From NCBI RefSeq assembly GCF_009557235.1, contig NZ_CP045650.1, positions 1,950,001 through 1,982,000 on the forward strand: a stretch of DNA of 32,000 nucleotides, in the 5' to 3' direction. The position numbers were made by a program, and so were the translations under genes. How positions within the stretch are numbered: position 1 is the first letter of the stretch; every line of letters starts with the position of its first letter. The notes beneath the pieces are model-generated. The model had not been told where the DNA came from, did not search any database, and saw nothing but the letters and a program-made list of their open reading frames with translations. The stretch is from Acinetobacter wanghuae. Its GTDB lineage: Bacteria; Pseudomonadota; Gammaproteobacteria; Pseudomonadales; Moraxellaceae. Shown here one piece after another: positions 18,318-27,693 of this stretch.

Positions 18318-18346
18318 CTTGAATTTTTAGATATTTCACCGCATAT
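18318..18346 (+). promoter_or_regulatory. Candidate sigma32 (RpoH) heat-shock promoter of htpX
   Basis: CTTGAAT (18318-18324), a 14-nt spacer, then CCGCATAT (18339-18346). The sigma32 consensus is CTTGAAA-N13-15-CCCCATnT. It lies about 60 nt upstream of the htpX ATG. Confidence 0.5.
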
Positions 18347-18407
18347 TGATTTTAATGATTCCAATTTTCTAATCAGATTATTTTTATATTTTAAAGAGGA
18401 TTTCTCA

Positions 18408-19313
18408 ATGATGCGGATTGGTTTGTTCTTGCTAACCAACCTCGCGGTACTGGTGGTTGCAGGTATTATCCTGTCAATCTTTGGTGTCGGTAGTTACCAT
18501 GGTGCGGGTGGCCTCAATATAGGCAACCTACTCGTGATCTGTTTTGTATTTGGTATGGTGGGATCAATGATTTCACTGTTCATGTCAAAATGGATGGCAA
18601 AAAAAACAACGGGTACGGAACTGATCGACCCAAATGCACCGCGTAATCAGGCAGAAGTATGGTTGCTGCAAGAAATTGCACAATTGTCACAACGCGCAGG
18701 CATTCAAATGCCAGAAGTCGGTATTTTCCCATCATACCAATCAAATGCCTTTGCAACCGGTTGGAATAAAAATGATGCACTTGTAGCAGTATCGAGTGGC
18801 TTGCTTGAACGCATGAATAAAGACGAACTGCGTGCTGTTCTTGCGCACGAGATTGGTCACGTTGCCAATGGCGATATGGTCACCCTTGCGCTTGTTCAAG
18901 GTGTTGTGAATGCTTTCGTGATGTTCTTCGCCCGTATTGTTGGTGATTTTATTGATCGCAACGTATTTGGTCGTGAAGAAGGCGAAGCACCGGGCATGAG
19001 TTATTTCATTATTACCATCGTGCTTGATATTGTCTTCGGGATCTTGGCATCTGCAATCGTGATGTGGTTCTCTCGCTACCGTGAATATCGTGCTGATGAA
19101 GCCGGTGCGCGTTTAGCAGGTAAACAAGCCATGATTTCTGCGCTGTTACGTTTACAAGAAGAATCGCAACTTCCTGATGCGATGCCAAAAGAGATGAAAG
19201 CGTTTGCAATCTCTGCAGGTCAAGAGCAAGGCTTTAGCTTAGCGGCTTTGTTCCAAACCCATCCAACCATTGAACAACGTGTTGCAGCATTACAGCAACT
19301 TGATTGTCCTTAA
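18408..19313 (+). CDS. htpX: Membrane zinc metalloprotease HtpX (M48 family)
   Basis: 301-aa ORF starting [17 protein letters not shown], as in E. coli HtpX. It has the HEIGH zinc motif ([12 protein letters not shown]) and an AAAGAGGA SD upstream. Confidence 0.95.
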   Translation: MMRIGLFLLTNLAVLVVAGIILSIFGVGSYHGAGGLNIGNLLVICFVFGMVGSMISLFMSKWMAKKTTGTELIDPNAPRNQAEVWLLQEIAQLSQRAGIQMPEVGIFPSYQSNAFATGWNKNDALVAVSSGLLERMNKDELRAVLAHEIGHVANGDMVTLALVQGVVNAFVMFFARIVGDFIDRNVFGREEGEAPGMSYFIITIVLDIVFGILASAIVMWFSRYREYRADEAGARLAGKQAMISALLRLQEESQLPDAMPKEMKAFAISAGQEQGFSLAALFQTHPTIEQRVAALQQLDCP

Positions 19314-19331
19314 TGTTTGTTGATTTGGTCT

Positions 19332-19359
19332 AAAAAAGCCTCCGATTGGAGGCTTTTTT
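19332..19359. terminator. Bidirectional rho-independent terminator between htpX and the 178-aa gene
   Basis: A6, then AAGCCTCC gatt GGAGGCTT, then T6, between convergent stop codons. Confidence 0.75.
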
Positions 19360-19362
19360 CAT

Positions 19363-19899
19363 TTAAATGGCAGTGTGTTGATCTGGATAGCGATGTTTGC
19401 AAATTTGGGTGAGATCACGATACGTCGCATAAACGGGCGTGATTTCATTATATTCTGCATCATACTCAAAAATACCATTACCCACTTCTTGGCTCTCAAA
19501 GTATTGATTATTTAACTGCGTATTGTTCTGAAAATCACGCTGACAATTCAAATAATAATGCGTGTATTCGACTGTCCCCTTTTTAATCACAGATCGTGCC
19601 AGTTCTATATTTTGTAAATATTGGGTCATATAAACCACTTGAAGATGACCGGGCTGAGATGCCACGCGCTCAACAATATAAGCACCGATTAAATCAGGCG
19701 TTTTTCGAACCACACGGTATTGATCTGTTGTACCGCTGTCATTTTGGACATGATAAGGTTTTCCAGTGATATATTCGATTTTATTCATTGTGATGACTTC
19801 TTCAGCATCACCAATGATTGTATTTTGTATAGGGTCTGCATGCGCATTCATTGTCAAAATAAGCGCTGTGCTCAGGCTTAAAACAAGCGTTTTAATCAT
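19363..19899 (-). CDS. Secreted protein of unknown function (cleavable signal peptide, two Cys)
   Basis: 178-aa ORF with the N-terminus MIKTLVLSLSTALILTMNAHA/DP, typical of a Sec signal peptide. I recognise no family. No SD is evident. Confidence 0.65.
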   Translation of the reverse strand: MIKTLVLSLSTALILTMNAHADPIQNTIIGDAEEVITMNKIEYITGKPYHVQNDSGTTDQYRVVRKTPDLIGAYIVERVASQPGHLQVVYMTQYLQNIELARSVIKKGTVEYTHYYLNCQRDFQNNTQLNNQYFESQEVGNGIFEYDAEYNEITPVYATYRDLTQICKHRYPDQHTAI

Positions 19900-20052
19900 T
19901 TTTTATTGGATCAGATGATAAAATTAAGTTGCTAAATTATCATCAGTTTAGGATTCTTCTCAATCCTTATAGACTAAAGATGTGCAATTTTTGCGTGACC
20001 TCTAAATGAATCATGACCGATCACATCGCAGTCAATAAATATTTCTTAAAGC

Positions 20053-20631
20053 TTACTGCCACCATTGCCATAAGGCATAGCTGCCCCAACCAATTGCCGA
20101 CACGAATAAAACCAAGAACAGTACGCCCAACAGATCTGGAATATGAATCCATAGCCAAGCCACAATTGGATTACGCCAAAAAGCTGAATGTTGTTGCTTA
20201 CGTTCTAAGTTCTCATGTAAAAATGGATGCACCACGTGATCCGTGCTACGAATCTGATATTCTTCGCGAATATGATCATGCACAACGTCAAGAGCTTTAC
20301 GACTCGGACGAATAAATACATCAAAGACAGTTCCCACCACTGGAATAAAGCCCACGACTGCATCGACCGCAGCCAGCTTCATGATTGGAGTCAACTTATG
20401 TTGGGGCACGCCAATTTGCTTGGCTTTATAAATTGCAAAACAGGTCAGTACAAAACCTGCGACATCTCCTGCAACAGGAATGGTACTCAACGCTGCATCT
20501 GCGCCTACCCCTTGCTTGGTAAAGGGAATACGAACCACGGAATCCATCATATTGGCAAATTTTGCCAAATCGCGTTCTAAACGAATCACTTCGTCTTGGG
20601 TTAATTTATGTTTATTGTTGGAATCGAGCAT
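20053..20631 (-). CDS. DUF4112-family inner-membrane protein with an extra C-terminal TM segment
   Basis: It carries the DUF4112 core pattern (IPFTKQGVGADAALSTIPVAGDVAGF ... AAVDAVVGFIPVVGTVFDVFIRPSRKAL). The ATG at 20631 is preferred; the ORF track starts at the GTG at 20643. Confidence 0.78.
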   Translation of the reverse strand: MLDSNNKHKLTQDEVIRLERDLAKFANMMDSVVRIPFTKQGVGADAALSTIPVAGDVAGFVLTCFAIYKAKQIGVPQHKLTPIMKLAAVDAVVGFIPVVGTVFDVFIRPSRKALDVVHDHIREEYQIRSTDHVVHPFLHENLERKQQHSAFWRNPIVAWLWIHIPDLLGVLFLVLFVSAIGWGSYALWQWWQ

Positions 20632-20706
20632 GTCTCTAACCACATGGGGTATATCGAGTTATATTAACCGATTCATTTCTATAAAATCTGTCGTACTTTA
20701 ATTAAC

Positions 20707-22047
20707 TTACAACAAGAGCTGAGACGCAACAAACAAATACACCACCACACCTGTCGCATCACAAATAGAGGTCACCAACGGCGCTGATGCACTCGCAGGG
20801 TCAAGTTTCAGTCGATTCAAAATGAAAGGTAAGCTCATTCCAATCAAACAACCCAAGATCACAATGCCTGTCATACTAATGGCAAGGACCAATGCCACCA
20901 TGTGATCGCCACGGATATAACCTAAAATAGACACGGCAAATGCCATGGTCAGTCCTAAACAGAGAGCAACCAAACTTTCACGCGCAATTAATTTAAACCA
21001 ATCTTTCAGTTGTACATCGCCAGTGGCCAAAGCGCGTACCATTAAGGTCGCGGACTGTGAGCCCGCATTACCACCGCTCCCCACCAATAGCGGCAAGAAA
21101 AAGACCAAAACAATATTTTGCTCAATAATATCTTCGTAGTTGGCAATCCCAAAACTCGACAGTAAGCTGCCAAAAACTAAAATGACAAGCCAAAACACAC
21201 GGTTTTTATACAGCGATAATATTGGTGCGGTTTTAATACTTTGTTTTTCAAAAGGCGCAATCGCCCCTGCACGTAAAATATCTTCGGTGCTTTCGGCTTC
21301 CACAATATCCATCGCATCGTCATAGGTCACAATTCCCAATAATCGCCCTGCATCATCAAGAATAGGTAAAGCAATAAAATCATAATGCGCTAAGGTTCGT
21401 GCCACAATTTCCTGATCATTATTGACTTCCGCACTCACCACATCATGCGTCATCACCTCTTGAATAATGGCATCAGGATGGGCTTGAATGATTTCACGTA
21501 AGGAAATGACTCCCAATAAATGATGGTGTTCATCGACAATATAAATCAGATATAAAGTGTCATGATTATCTTTCAGATTGCGTAATGCCGTGATTGCCTC
21601 ATTCATATTCAAGTCAGGTGACAAGGTCACATAATTTGAACTCATGATGCTGCCCGCTGTACCTTCCACATAAGACGCCAATTGCGCCAATACATCCGTA
21701 GACACTGTGGAAAGTTGCGGCAAAACTTGCTGTTGTAGTGCGCTTGGAAGTGCTTTGAACAAATCGATAAAATCATCCGAATGCATCGCATCTAGGACAT
21801 GGACGAGTTCTGATGTAGGCAATTGAATGACCAATGCCAATTGCTGTGGCAACGGCATAAATTCCAAGACTAAGGATCTTTGCTGAAGCTGTGAAAATAC
21901 CTCAAATTGTTGCTTTTCTGGCATATCTGCCAAAACTTTGGCTTGGTCGGCAATATTTAACTGTTCGATGACCTCAAGTAAAGCTTCGATGTGTTGATCT
22001 TTCAACAATGCCTGAATCTGATGAATACGTGCTTGCAATTGAGGCAT
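20707..22047 (-). CDS. mgtE: Magnesium transporter MgtE (N-domain, tandem CBS, TM domain)
   Basis: 446-aa ORF with the MgtE architecture and motifs (CBS pair, GSGGNAGSQSATLMVRALATG, ICDATGVVVY). A GAGAGGG SD lies upstream. Confidence 0.93.
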   Translation of the reverse strand: MPQLQARIHQIQALLKDQHIEALLEVIEQLNIADQAKVLADMPEKQQFEVFSQLQQRSLVLEFMPLPQQLALVIQLPTSELVHVLDAMHSDDFIDLFKALPSALQQQVLPQLSTVSTDVLAQLASYVEGTAGSIMSSNYVTLSPDLNMNEAITALRNLKDNHDTLYLIYIVDEHHHLLGVISLREIIQAHPDAIIQEVMTHDVVSAEVNNDQEIVARTLAHYDFIALPILDDAGRLLGIVTYDDAMDIVEAESTEDILRAGAIAPFEKQSIKTAPILSLYKNRVFWLVILVFGSLLSSFGIANYEDIIEQNIVLVFFLPLLVGSGGNAGSQSATLMVRALATGDVQLKDWFKLIARESLVALCLGLTMAFAVSILGYIRGDHMVALVLAISMTGIVILGCLIGMSLPFILNRLKLDPASASAPLVTSICDATGVVVYLFVASQLLL

Positions 22048-22071
22048 ATACCCTCTCTGTTATGATGTCAA

Positions 22072-22097
22072 TAAAGCGTATATGTCGATACGCTTTA
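22072..22097 (-). other. 10-bp hairpin between the RND gene and mgtE (weak terminator or processing/attenuation site)
   Basis: TAAAGCGTAT (22072-22081) pairs with ATACGCTTTA (22088-22097) across a 6-nt loop. On the minus strand only a short U-rich stretch follows, so termination is probably partial. Confidence 0.4.
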
Positions 22098-22138
22098 TCG
22101 TGTAAAGATCATCTATATGGCTCGATACTTTTTATTTC

Positions 22139-25100
22139 TCATGTAGACGATTTATGCCCAGACTTTTGAAATACCCCACGAATGATTACATACATAAATG
22201 GTATGAAAATCAGTACAAGTACTGTACCGAAGATGACCCCACCCAATACACTCACCCCAATCTCTTGACGGCTAACTGCACCAGCACCAAAGGCAAAGAC
22301 CAATGGTAAAACACCGGCACCGAATGCCAAAGAGGTCATTAAAATAGGACGTAAGCGTAAGGCTGCACCTTCGAGCGCAGCTTCCACAATCGTTTTACCT
22401 TTTTCTTGGGCTAAAGCTGCGAACTCCACAATTAAAATGGCATTTTTACATGACAAACCAATGGTGGTCAGTAAGGCAATTTGGAAGTAGATATCATTCG
22501 GGAACGAAGCAAAATAACTAAATAAAATATTGCCCCCAATCCCCAATGGAATTGCAGACATCACCGCAGTTGGAATAGTCCAACTTTCATACAATGCAGC
22601 CAAACATAAGAAAATAAAACCAATCGAGACGAGATACAGCAAGAATGCCTGATTATTGGATTGTTTTTCTTCAAAGGATAAGCCACTCCACACCACATCA
22701 ATGCCATCAAACTGTGAGACTAAGTCTTCAACATCACGCATGGCTTCGCCTGAACTGGTATTTTTGGCAATATCCGCTTCCATTTGCAGTGCGGTATAAC
22801 CCATGAAGCGATTGACGACTTCGGGTCCACCACTCCAATTCACCTCGGCAAAATTACTAAATGGAATCATCTGATTTTGATCATTCCGCACATGCCAGGC
22901 GGCCAAGTCTTCAGGTTTTGAACGATATTCAGCATCGCCTTGCATCATGACGCGCTTAATACGACCACGGTCAATAAAATCATTGATATAACTTCCGCCC
23001 CATGCTGCTGACAAGGTATTGTTAATAGCTGAAGGATTGAGACCATTCGCCATCGCGCGTTTACGATCAATATCGACTTTAAGTTCCGCTTTATCAGGAT
23101 TTGTACGTTTGCCTAAGTTTTCAAAGCTTGAATACGCGGCAGCTTTCTGTTCTAAAGGCTTAAATTGATCCGCTAAAGCTTGGCGTCCTTTCCCATCGAC
23201 ATCACGAATCCAAAAATCTAAGCCATCGGTTTGTCCCAATCCATTCACCGAAGGCGGCATATTGACGTTCACTTGTGCTTGATTAAAACCTTTAAAATGG
23301 GTCATGGCACGTTCACGAATCGCTTGCGCGGTATTGGCTTGACCGTCACGCTCATCCCAATGTTTTAATGCCACAAAACCAGTGGCTAGATTTTGCCCTG
23401 TGCCTGAGAAATTGCGTCCATAACGCATCATCACTAAATTGACGTTGTCCTTTTCATGTTCAAGGAAATATTCACGAATTTTCTCCCCGACCTCAATGGT
23501 ATTTCTGAGCGGCGCACCTTCTTGTAATTTGACTTGTAAACTCAAAATCCCCTGATCTTCACTCGGTAAGAAACTGGTCGGCAACGCACGATAAAATAAA
23601 GCAAATACGCAAATTAAAGCGCCTAAAAGCAACAAACACACCGTTTTATGCTGAAATAGTTTTTTCGATACATTCAGATAATGCTGTTTGAGTTGCTCAA
23701 GTTTTCGATTAAAGCCCGTCGCCCAACGTGCAGGTTTTGGATTAGGTTTTAAAATTAAGGCACATAATGCGGGGGTTAGGATCAGCGCAACCAACAAAGA
23801 CAATCCCATTGCTGCCACTAACGTAATAGAGAATTGACGATAAATCACTCCCGTTGAACCACCAAAAAATGCCATCGGAATAAAAACAGCCGTTAGAACC
23901 AAGGTAATCCCGATCAATGCCCCACTGATTTCCTGCATGGATTCGAGGGCAGCGTCTTTGGCAGAGAGCTGCTTTTCATGCATCAAACGTTCAACATTTT
24001 CGACCACCACAATCGCATCATCGACCAATAAGCCAATTGCGAGCACCAAGGCAAATAAGGTCAGCGTGTTAATACTCATACCGAGGGCATATAAAATTGC
24101 CATTGTGCCCAAAATCACTACAGGCACAGTCACTGTTGGAATTAATGTGGCACGCCAGTTTTGTAAAAACAGAAACATCACCGCAATGACCAACAGCACC
24201 GCTTCAAATAAGGTCTTCACCACTTCTTTAATAGATTCTTGCACAAACGGTGTGTTATCACGTGGATAGGCAATTTTATAGCCTTCTGGCAACTGTTTCG
24301 AAATACGATCCACTTCTGCTTTAATCAGCTCAGACGTGGCAATCGCATTGGCACCTGATGCGAGTGTGATCCCTAAGCCCGCGGATGGATAACCATTATT
24401 TGTGGTATACGATTGATAATTTTCTGCACCTAGCTCAATTCTTGCCACATCTTTTAAATAAATAAATTCGCCATCGCGACCTGATTTGACAATGATATTT
24501 TCAAATTCTTCGACAGACTTAAAGCGTGTTCCTGAAGTGACTTTGGCATTGAGATATTGATCATCCAAGACAGGTAAATCACCGATTGCCCCTGCGGTGA
24601 CTTGCGTATTTTGTGTTTCAATTGCAGCTCGAATATCGCTTGGCATTAACTGATGTTGTTTAAGTTTGTTTGGATTCAGCCAAATCCGCATGGCATATTG
24701 TGAGCCAAATACATCGACTTCGCCGACACCTTCGATGCGTGCAATGTCCTGTTCCAAATGCGTCATTAAATAGTCAGACAGCTCAAGATCTTTACTACGA
24801 CCAGATTCATCGTAAAGACTCATAACCATATGCGTATCGCCTAAGGATTTTAAGACATTGACACCTTGGCGTTGTACATCTTCAGGTAAGCGATTGAGCA
24901 CGCCATTAATGGCATTTTGGACTTGAACTTGTGCGGTGTCTGGATCTGTACCATTTTTAAAACTGATATTAATTCGACTGCGACCCGATGAGTCACTGCT
25001 TGAACTGAAATACAACAGGTGATCAATGCCCTTGATTTTTTGCTCTAAAATTTGCGTAACGCTTTCTTCGACTACTTCAGCTGAAGCACCTGTATAGGTC

Positions 25101-25243
25101 GTAGATACACTAATCCGTGGTGGCGCAATATCTGGATAACGCTCGACCGAGAGATTCATTACTGCAAATAATCCAATCGCCATTACGACAATTGCTAAAA
25201 CACCAGCAAAAATAGGGCGATGGATAAAAAACCGAGACAACAT
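22139..25243 (-). CDS. RND (HAE1, AcrB/AdeB-family) multidrug efflux inner-membrane transporter with no adjacent adaptor or outer-membrane gene
   Basis: 1034-aa ORF with a canonical N-terminus (FFIHRPIFAGVLAIVVM), the proton-relay region (GLLVDDAIVVVENVER) and a 12-TM, two-large-loop layout. Confidence 0.95.
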   Translation of the reverse strand: MLSRFFIHRPIFAGVLAIVVMAIGLFAVMNLSVERYPDIAPPRISVSTTYTGASAEVVEESVTQILEQKIKGIDHLLYFSSSSDSSGRSRINISFKNGTDPDTAQVQVQNAINGVLNRLPEDVQRQGVNVLKSLGDTHMVMSLYDESGRSKDLELSDYLMTHLEQDIARIEGVGEVDVFGSQYAMRIWLNPNKLKQHQLMPSDIRAAIETQNTQVTAGAIGDLPVLDDQYLNAKVTSGTRFKSVEEFENIIVKSGRDGEFIYLKDVARIELGAENYQSYTTNNGYPSAGLGITLASGANAIATSELIKAEVDRISKQLPEGYKIAYPRDNTPFVQESIKEVVKTLFEAVLLVIAVMFLFLQNWRATLIPTVTVPVVILGTMAILYALGMSINTLTLFALVLAIGLLVDDAIVVVENVERLMHEKQLSAKDAALESMQEISGALIGITLVLTAVFIPMAFFGGSTGVIYRQFSITLVAAMGLSLLVALILTPALCALILKPNPKPARWATGFNRKLEQLKQHYLNVSKKLFQHKTVCLLLLGALICVFALFYRALPTSFLPSEDQGILSLQVKLQEGAPLRNTIEVGEKIREYFLEHEKDNVNLVMMRYGRNFSGTGQNLATGFVALKHWDERDGQANTAQAIRERAMTHFKGFNQAQVNVNMPPSVNGLGQTDGLDFWIRDVDGKGRQALADQFKPLEQKAAAYSSFENLGKRTNPDKAELKVDIDRKRAMANGLNPSAINNTLSAAWGGSYINDFIDRGRIKRVMMQGDAEYRSKPEDLAAWHVRNDQNQMIPFSNFAEVNWSGGPEVVNRFMGYTALQMEADIAKNTSSGEAMRDVEDLVSQFDGIDVVWSGLSFEEKQSNNQAFLLYLVSIGFIFLCLAALYESWTIPTAVMSAIPLGIGGNILFSYFASFPNDIYFQIALLTTIGLSCKNAILIVEFAALAQEKGKTIVEAALEGAALRLRPILMTSLAFGAGVLPLVFAFGAGAVSRQEIGVSVLGGVIFGTVLVLIFIPFMYVIIRGVFQKSGHKSST

Positions 25244-25495
25244 AGGTTCAAGTCACTTTATAAGTTACACAAAGAAGGCAAACAGCCAACATTATATTTT
25301 TCCTATTTTTTAATATTCAGTGACATAGCCTTATATTGCAAGCCTTACTCACAAAAAAATGTGTTAAGCCTTAAACATGAAGAAAATGTGGAGATTACAA
25401 CTTTTGAATCATAGAAATAGAATGGATGCAGCGAAAGAATTAAGTCTTTTATTCGTGTTATATTGCGGCAAATTTCATCTCTATCTTATGCTGAC

Positions 25496-25873
25496 ATGAA
25501 CGCATCACATCCATTTAAAGGTAAAACGGGTCTAAAACGCATTATAAATGCCACCTCTTATTCGATTGCTGGTTTCAAGGCTGCATTTAAAAATGAAGCT
25601 GCATTTCGCCAAATCATCCTGATTAATGTTGTACTCATTCCCATCAGTCTATGTCTTGAGGTCAGCCGTGTTGAGCATGCTTTACTGATTATGGTGTGTT
25701 TATTGGCGATTATTGTTGAGCTCATCAATTCAGCGATTGAAGCCGTAGTCGACCGGATTTCACTTGAGCGACATGAATTGTCTAAAAATGCTAAAGATAT
25801 GGGAAGTGCCGCGCAGTTTGTTGCTTTAGCGATGATCTTCGTTACATGGCTCATTATTTTATTACCCGCTTAA
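25496..25873 (+). CDS. dgkA: Diacylglycerol kinase (prokaryotic membrane DAGK)
   Basis: Strongly DgkA-like (NEAAFRQ, VELINSAIEAVVDRI, AKDMGSAA). The ATG at 25496 gives 125 aa, matching the family length. The ORF track starts at an upstream TTG at 25463. Confidence 0.9.
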   Translation: MNASHPFKGKTGLKRIINATSYSIAGFKAAFKNEAAFRQIILINVVLIPISLCLEVSRVEHALLIMVCLLAIIVELINSAIEAVVDRISLERHELSKNAKDMGSAAQFVALAMIFVTWLIILLPA

Positions 25874-26046
25874 AATTTATCCTGCTTTACCTTATTTTTA
25901 ATAAGTATTAGATAAGGAGGCTATTTGAATAAAAGTGCGCTTCCTTTCAAAGCAAGAATGCTTATCTCATGTAAACAAGAATGTCTGATTTGATTTCCCT
26001 GCAACTATTCAAAAGAGTTGATCAATAAAATTTTGATCTAAAAAAT

Positions 26047-26075
26047 AAAAAACCCTGCTTTCGCAGGGTTTTTTT
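26047..26075. terminator. Bidirectional rho-independent terminator (aceA 3' end, possibly also dgkA)
   Basis: A6, then AACCCTGC tttc GCAGGGTT, then T7, 17 nt beyond the aceA stop codon. Confidence 0.75.
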
Positions 26076-26091
26076 GAATCAGTCGGGAGGA

Positions 26092-27693
26092 TTAACCACC
26101 GAATTGGTTCATTGTATTTTTCGCATCGTCACCCGCTTTAAGCGCGTTGTCACCAGCGAAGATTTCTTTGTGGTCATCACCGATGTCAGAACCCGCCATT
26201 GCTTGGTGTTTCACACAAGCGATCGTACCGCGAATTTCTTTACGTTGTACGCCAGCAACATAAGCCAACATACCTTCAGAACCGAAGTAACCTTGTGCAA
26301 GCTCATGTGTAGAAAGCGCAGCAGTGTGGTAAGTCGGAAGTGTGATTAAGTGATGGAACACACCTGCTTCACGTGCAGCATCCGCTTGGAATGTACGAAC
26401 TTTCTCATCAGCTTCAGCAGCCAATTCAGTTTCGTCATACTCAGCGCTCATCAATTTAGCACGGTCGTAAGCTGAAACATCTTTACCTTCAGCAACCCAA
26501 CGATCGTACGCTTGTTGACGGAAGTTCAACGTCCAGTTGAATGACGGTGAGTTGTTGTAAACAAGTTTCGCATTTGGAATCGTTTCTTTCACACGGTTGA
26601 CCATGTGAGCGATTTCAGCTACGTTTGGCGTCGCAGTTTCGATCCAAAGTAAGTCAGCACCGTTTTGAAGTGAAGTTACACAGTCAAGTACAACGCGGTC
26701 GATTTGAGTGCCTTCACGGAATTGGTACAAGCCAGAAGCAAGACGTTTTGGACGGTGAAGTTTACCATCACGTTTGATCAGGATTTCGTCTTCTTGCGCT
26801 TCTGAAATATCAATTTCAGTTGTGTCTAAGTAGCTGATGTATTGAGAAGCGATGTCGCCTGGCTCTTTAACCACTGGGATTTTTTGAGTCAAGTCAGCGC
26901 CTTCAGAGTCAGTACGCGCAACAATAATACCTTCTTCAAGACCCATTTCTAAGAATGCATAGCGAAGTGCGTGGATTTTCGCGATGAAGTCTTCGTGTGG
27001 AACAGTTACTTTACCTGCTTGGTGACCACATTGTTTCGCATCAGAAACTTGGTTTTCGATTTGTAGTGCACAAGCACCCGCTTCGATCATTTTCTTCGCT
27101 AACAAGTAAGTTGCTTCTTCGTTACCGAAACCAGCATCGATATCCGCAATAATTGGCACAACGTGAGTTTGGAAGTTGTCGATTTGAGACGTGATTTCAG
27201 CAGCTTTAGCAGTATCGCCTGCTTCGTTTGCTTTTTTAAGCGCGCGGAACAAATCGTTTAATTCTTTTGCATCCGCTTGACGAAGGAATGTGTAGATTTC
27301 TTCGATCAATGCAGGTACAGATGTTTTTTCGTGCATAGATTGGTCAGGAAGTGGACCGAATTCTGAACGAAGTGCAGCAACCATCCAACCAGAAAGGTAG
27401 ATATAGCGACGTTCAGTTGTACCGAAGTATTTTTTGTTCGCAATCATTTTTTGTTGTGCGATGAAACCGTGCCAGCAACCCAATGATTGAGTGTATTTGC
27501 TAGAGTCAGCATCATAAGCAGCCATATCACGACGCATGATTGCAGCTGTGTATTTCGCAATGTCTAAACCAGTTTTAAAACGGTTTTGGATTTGCATACG
27601 TGCAGCATCTTCAGGAGAGATGTCCGCCCAAGTGTTGCCGAATTTTGCTTTTAATTCACGGATTGCATCAATCGCTGTTTGATATGTAGTCAT
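26092..27693 (-). CDS. aceA: Isocitrate lyase (long, Pseudomonas/Acinetobacter-type)
   Basis: Collinear with the ~530-aa ICL of pseudomonads as I recall it (QNRFKTGLDIAKYTAAIMR, catalytic KQCGHQ, NNSPSFNW). The ATG at 27693 follows an AGGAAA SD by 5 nt and gives 533 aa. The ORF track adds 12 upstream codons. Confidence 0.95.
   Translation of the reverse strand: MTTYQTAIDAIRELKAKFGNTWADISPEDAARMQIQNRFKTGLDIAKYTAAIMRRDMAAYDADSSKYTQSLGCWHGFIAQQKMIANKKYFGTTERRYIYLSGWMVAALRSEFGPLPDQSMHEKTSVPALIEEIYTFLRQADAKELNDLFRALKKANEAGDTAKAAEITSQIDNFQTHVVPIIADIDAGFGNEEATYLLAKKMIEAGACALQIENQVSDAKQCGHQAGKVTVPHEDFIAKIHALRYAFLEMGLEEGIIVARTDSEGADLTQKIPVVKEPGDIASQYISYLDTTEIDISEAQEDEILIKRDGKLHRPKRLASGLYQFREGTQIDRVVLDCVTSLQNGADLLWIETATPNVAEIAHMVNRVKETIPNAKLVYNNSPSFNWTLNFRQQAYDRWVAEGKDVSAYDRAKLMSAEYDETELAAEADEKVRTFQADAAREAGVFHHLITLPTYHTAALSTHELAQGYFGSEGMLAYVAGVQRKEIRGTIACVKHQAMAGSDIGDDHKEIFAGDNALKAGDDAKNTMNQFGG

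Noticed and set aside
20013-20315. 100-aa plus-strand ORF overlapping the 3' end of the DUF4112 gene
   Set aside because: It is antisense to a gene with a clear conserved-domain pattern, it has no SD, and the product has no recognisable features.
22048-22138. M-box (ykoK) Mg2+ riboswitch upstream of mgtE
   Set aside because: Only 91 nt separate mgtE from the RND stop codon, which is too short for the roughly 160-nt M-box, and only one simple hairpin is present.
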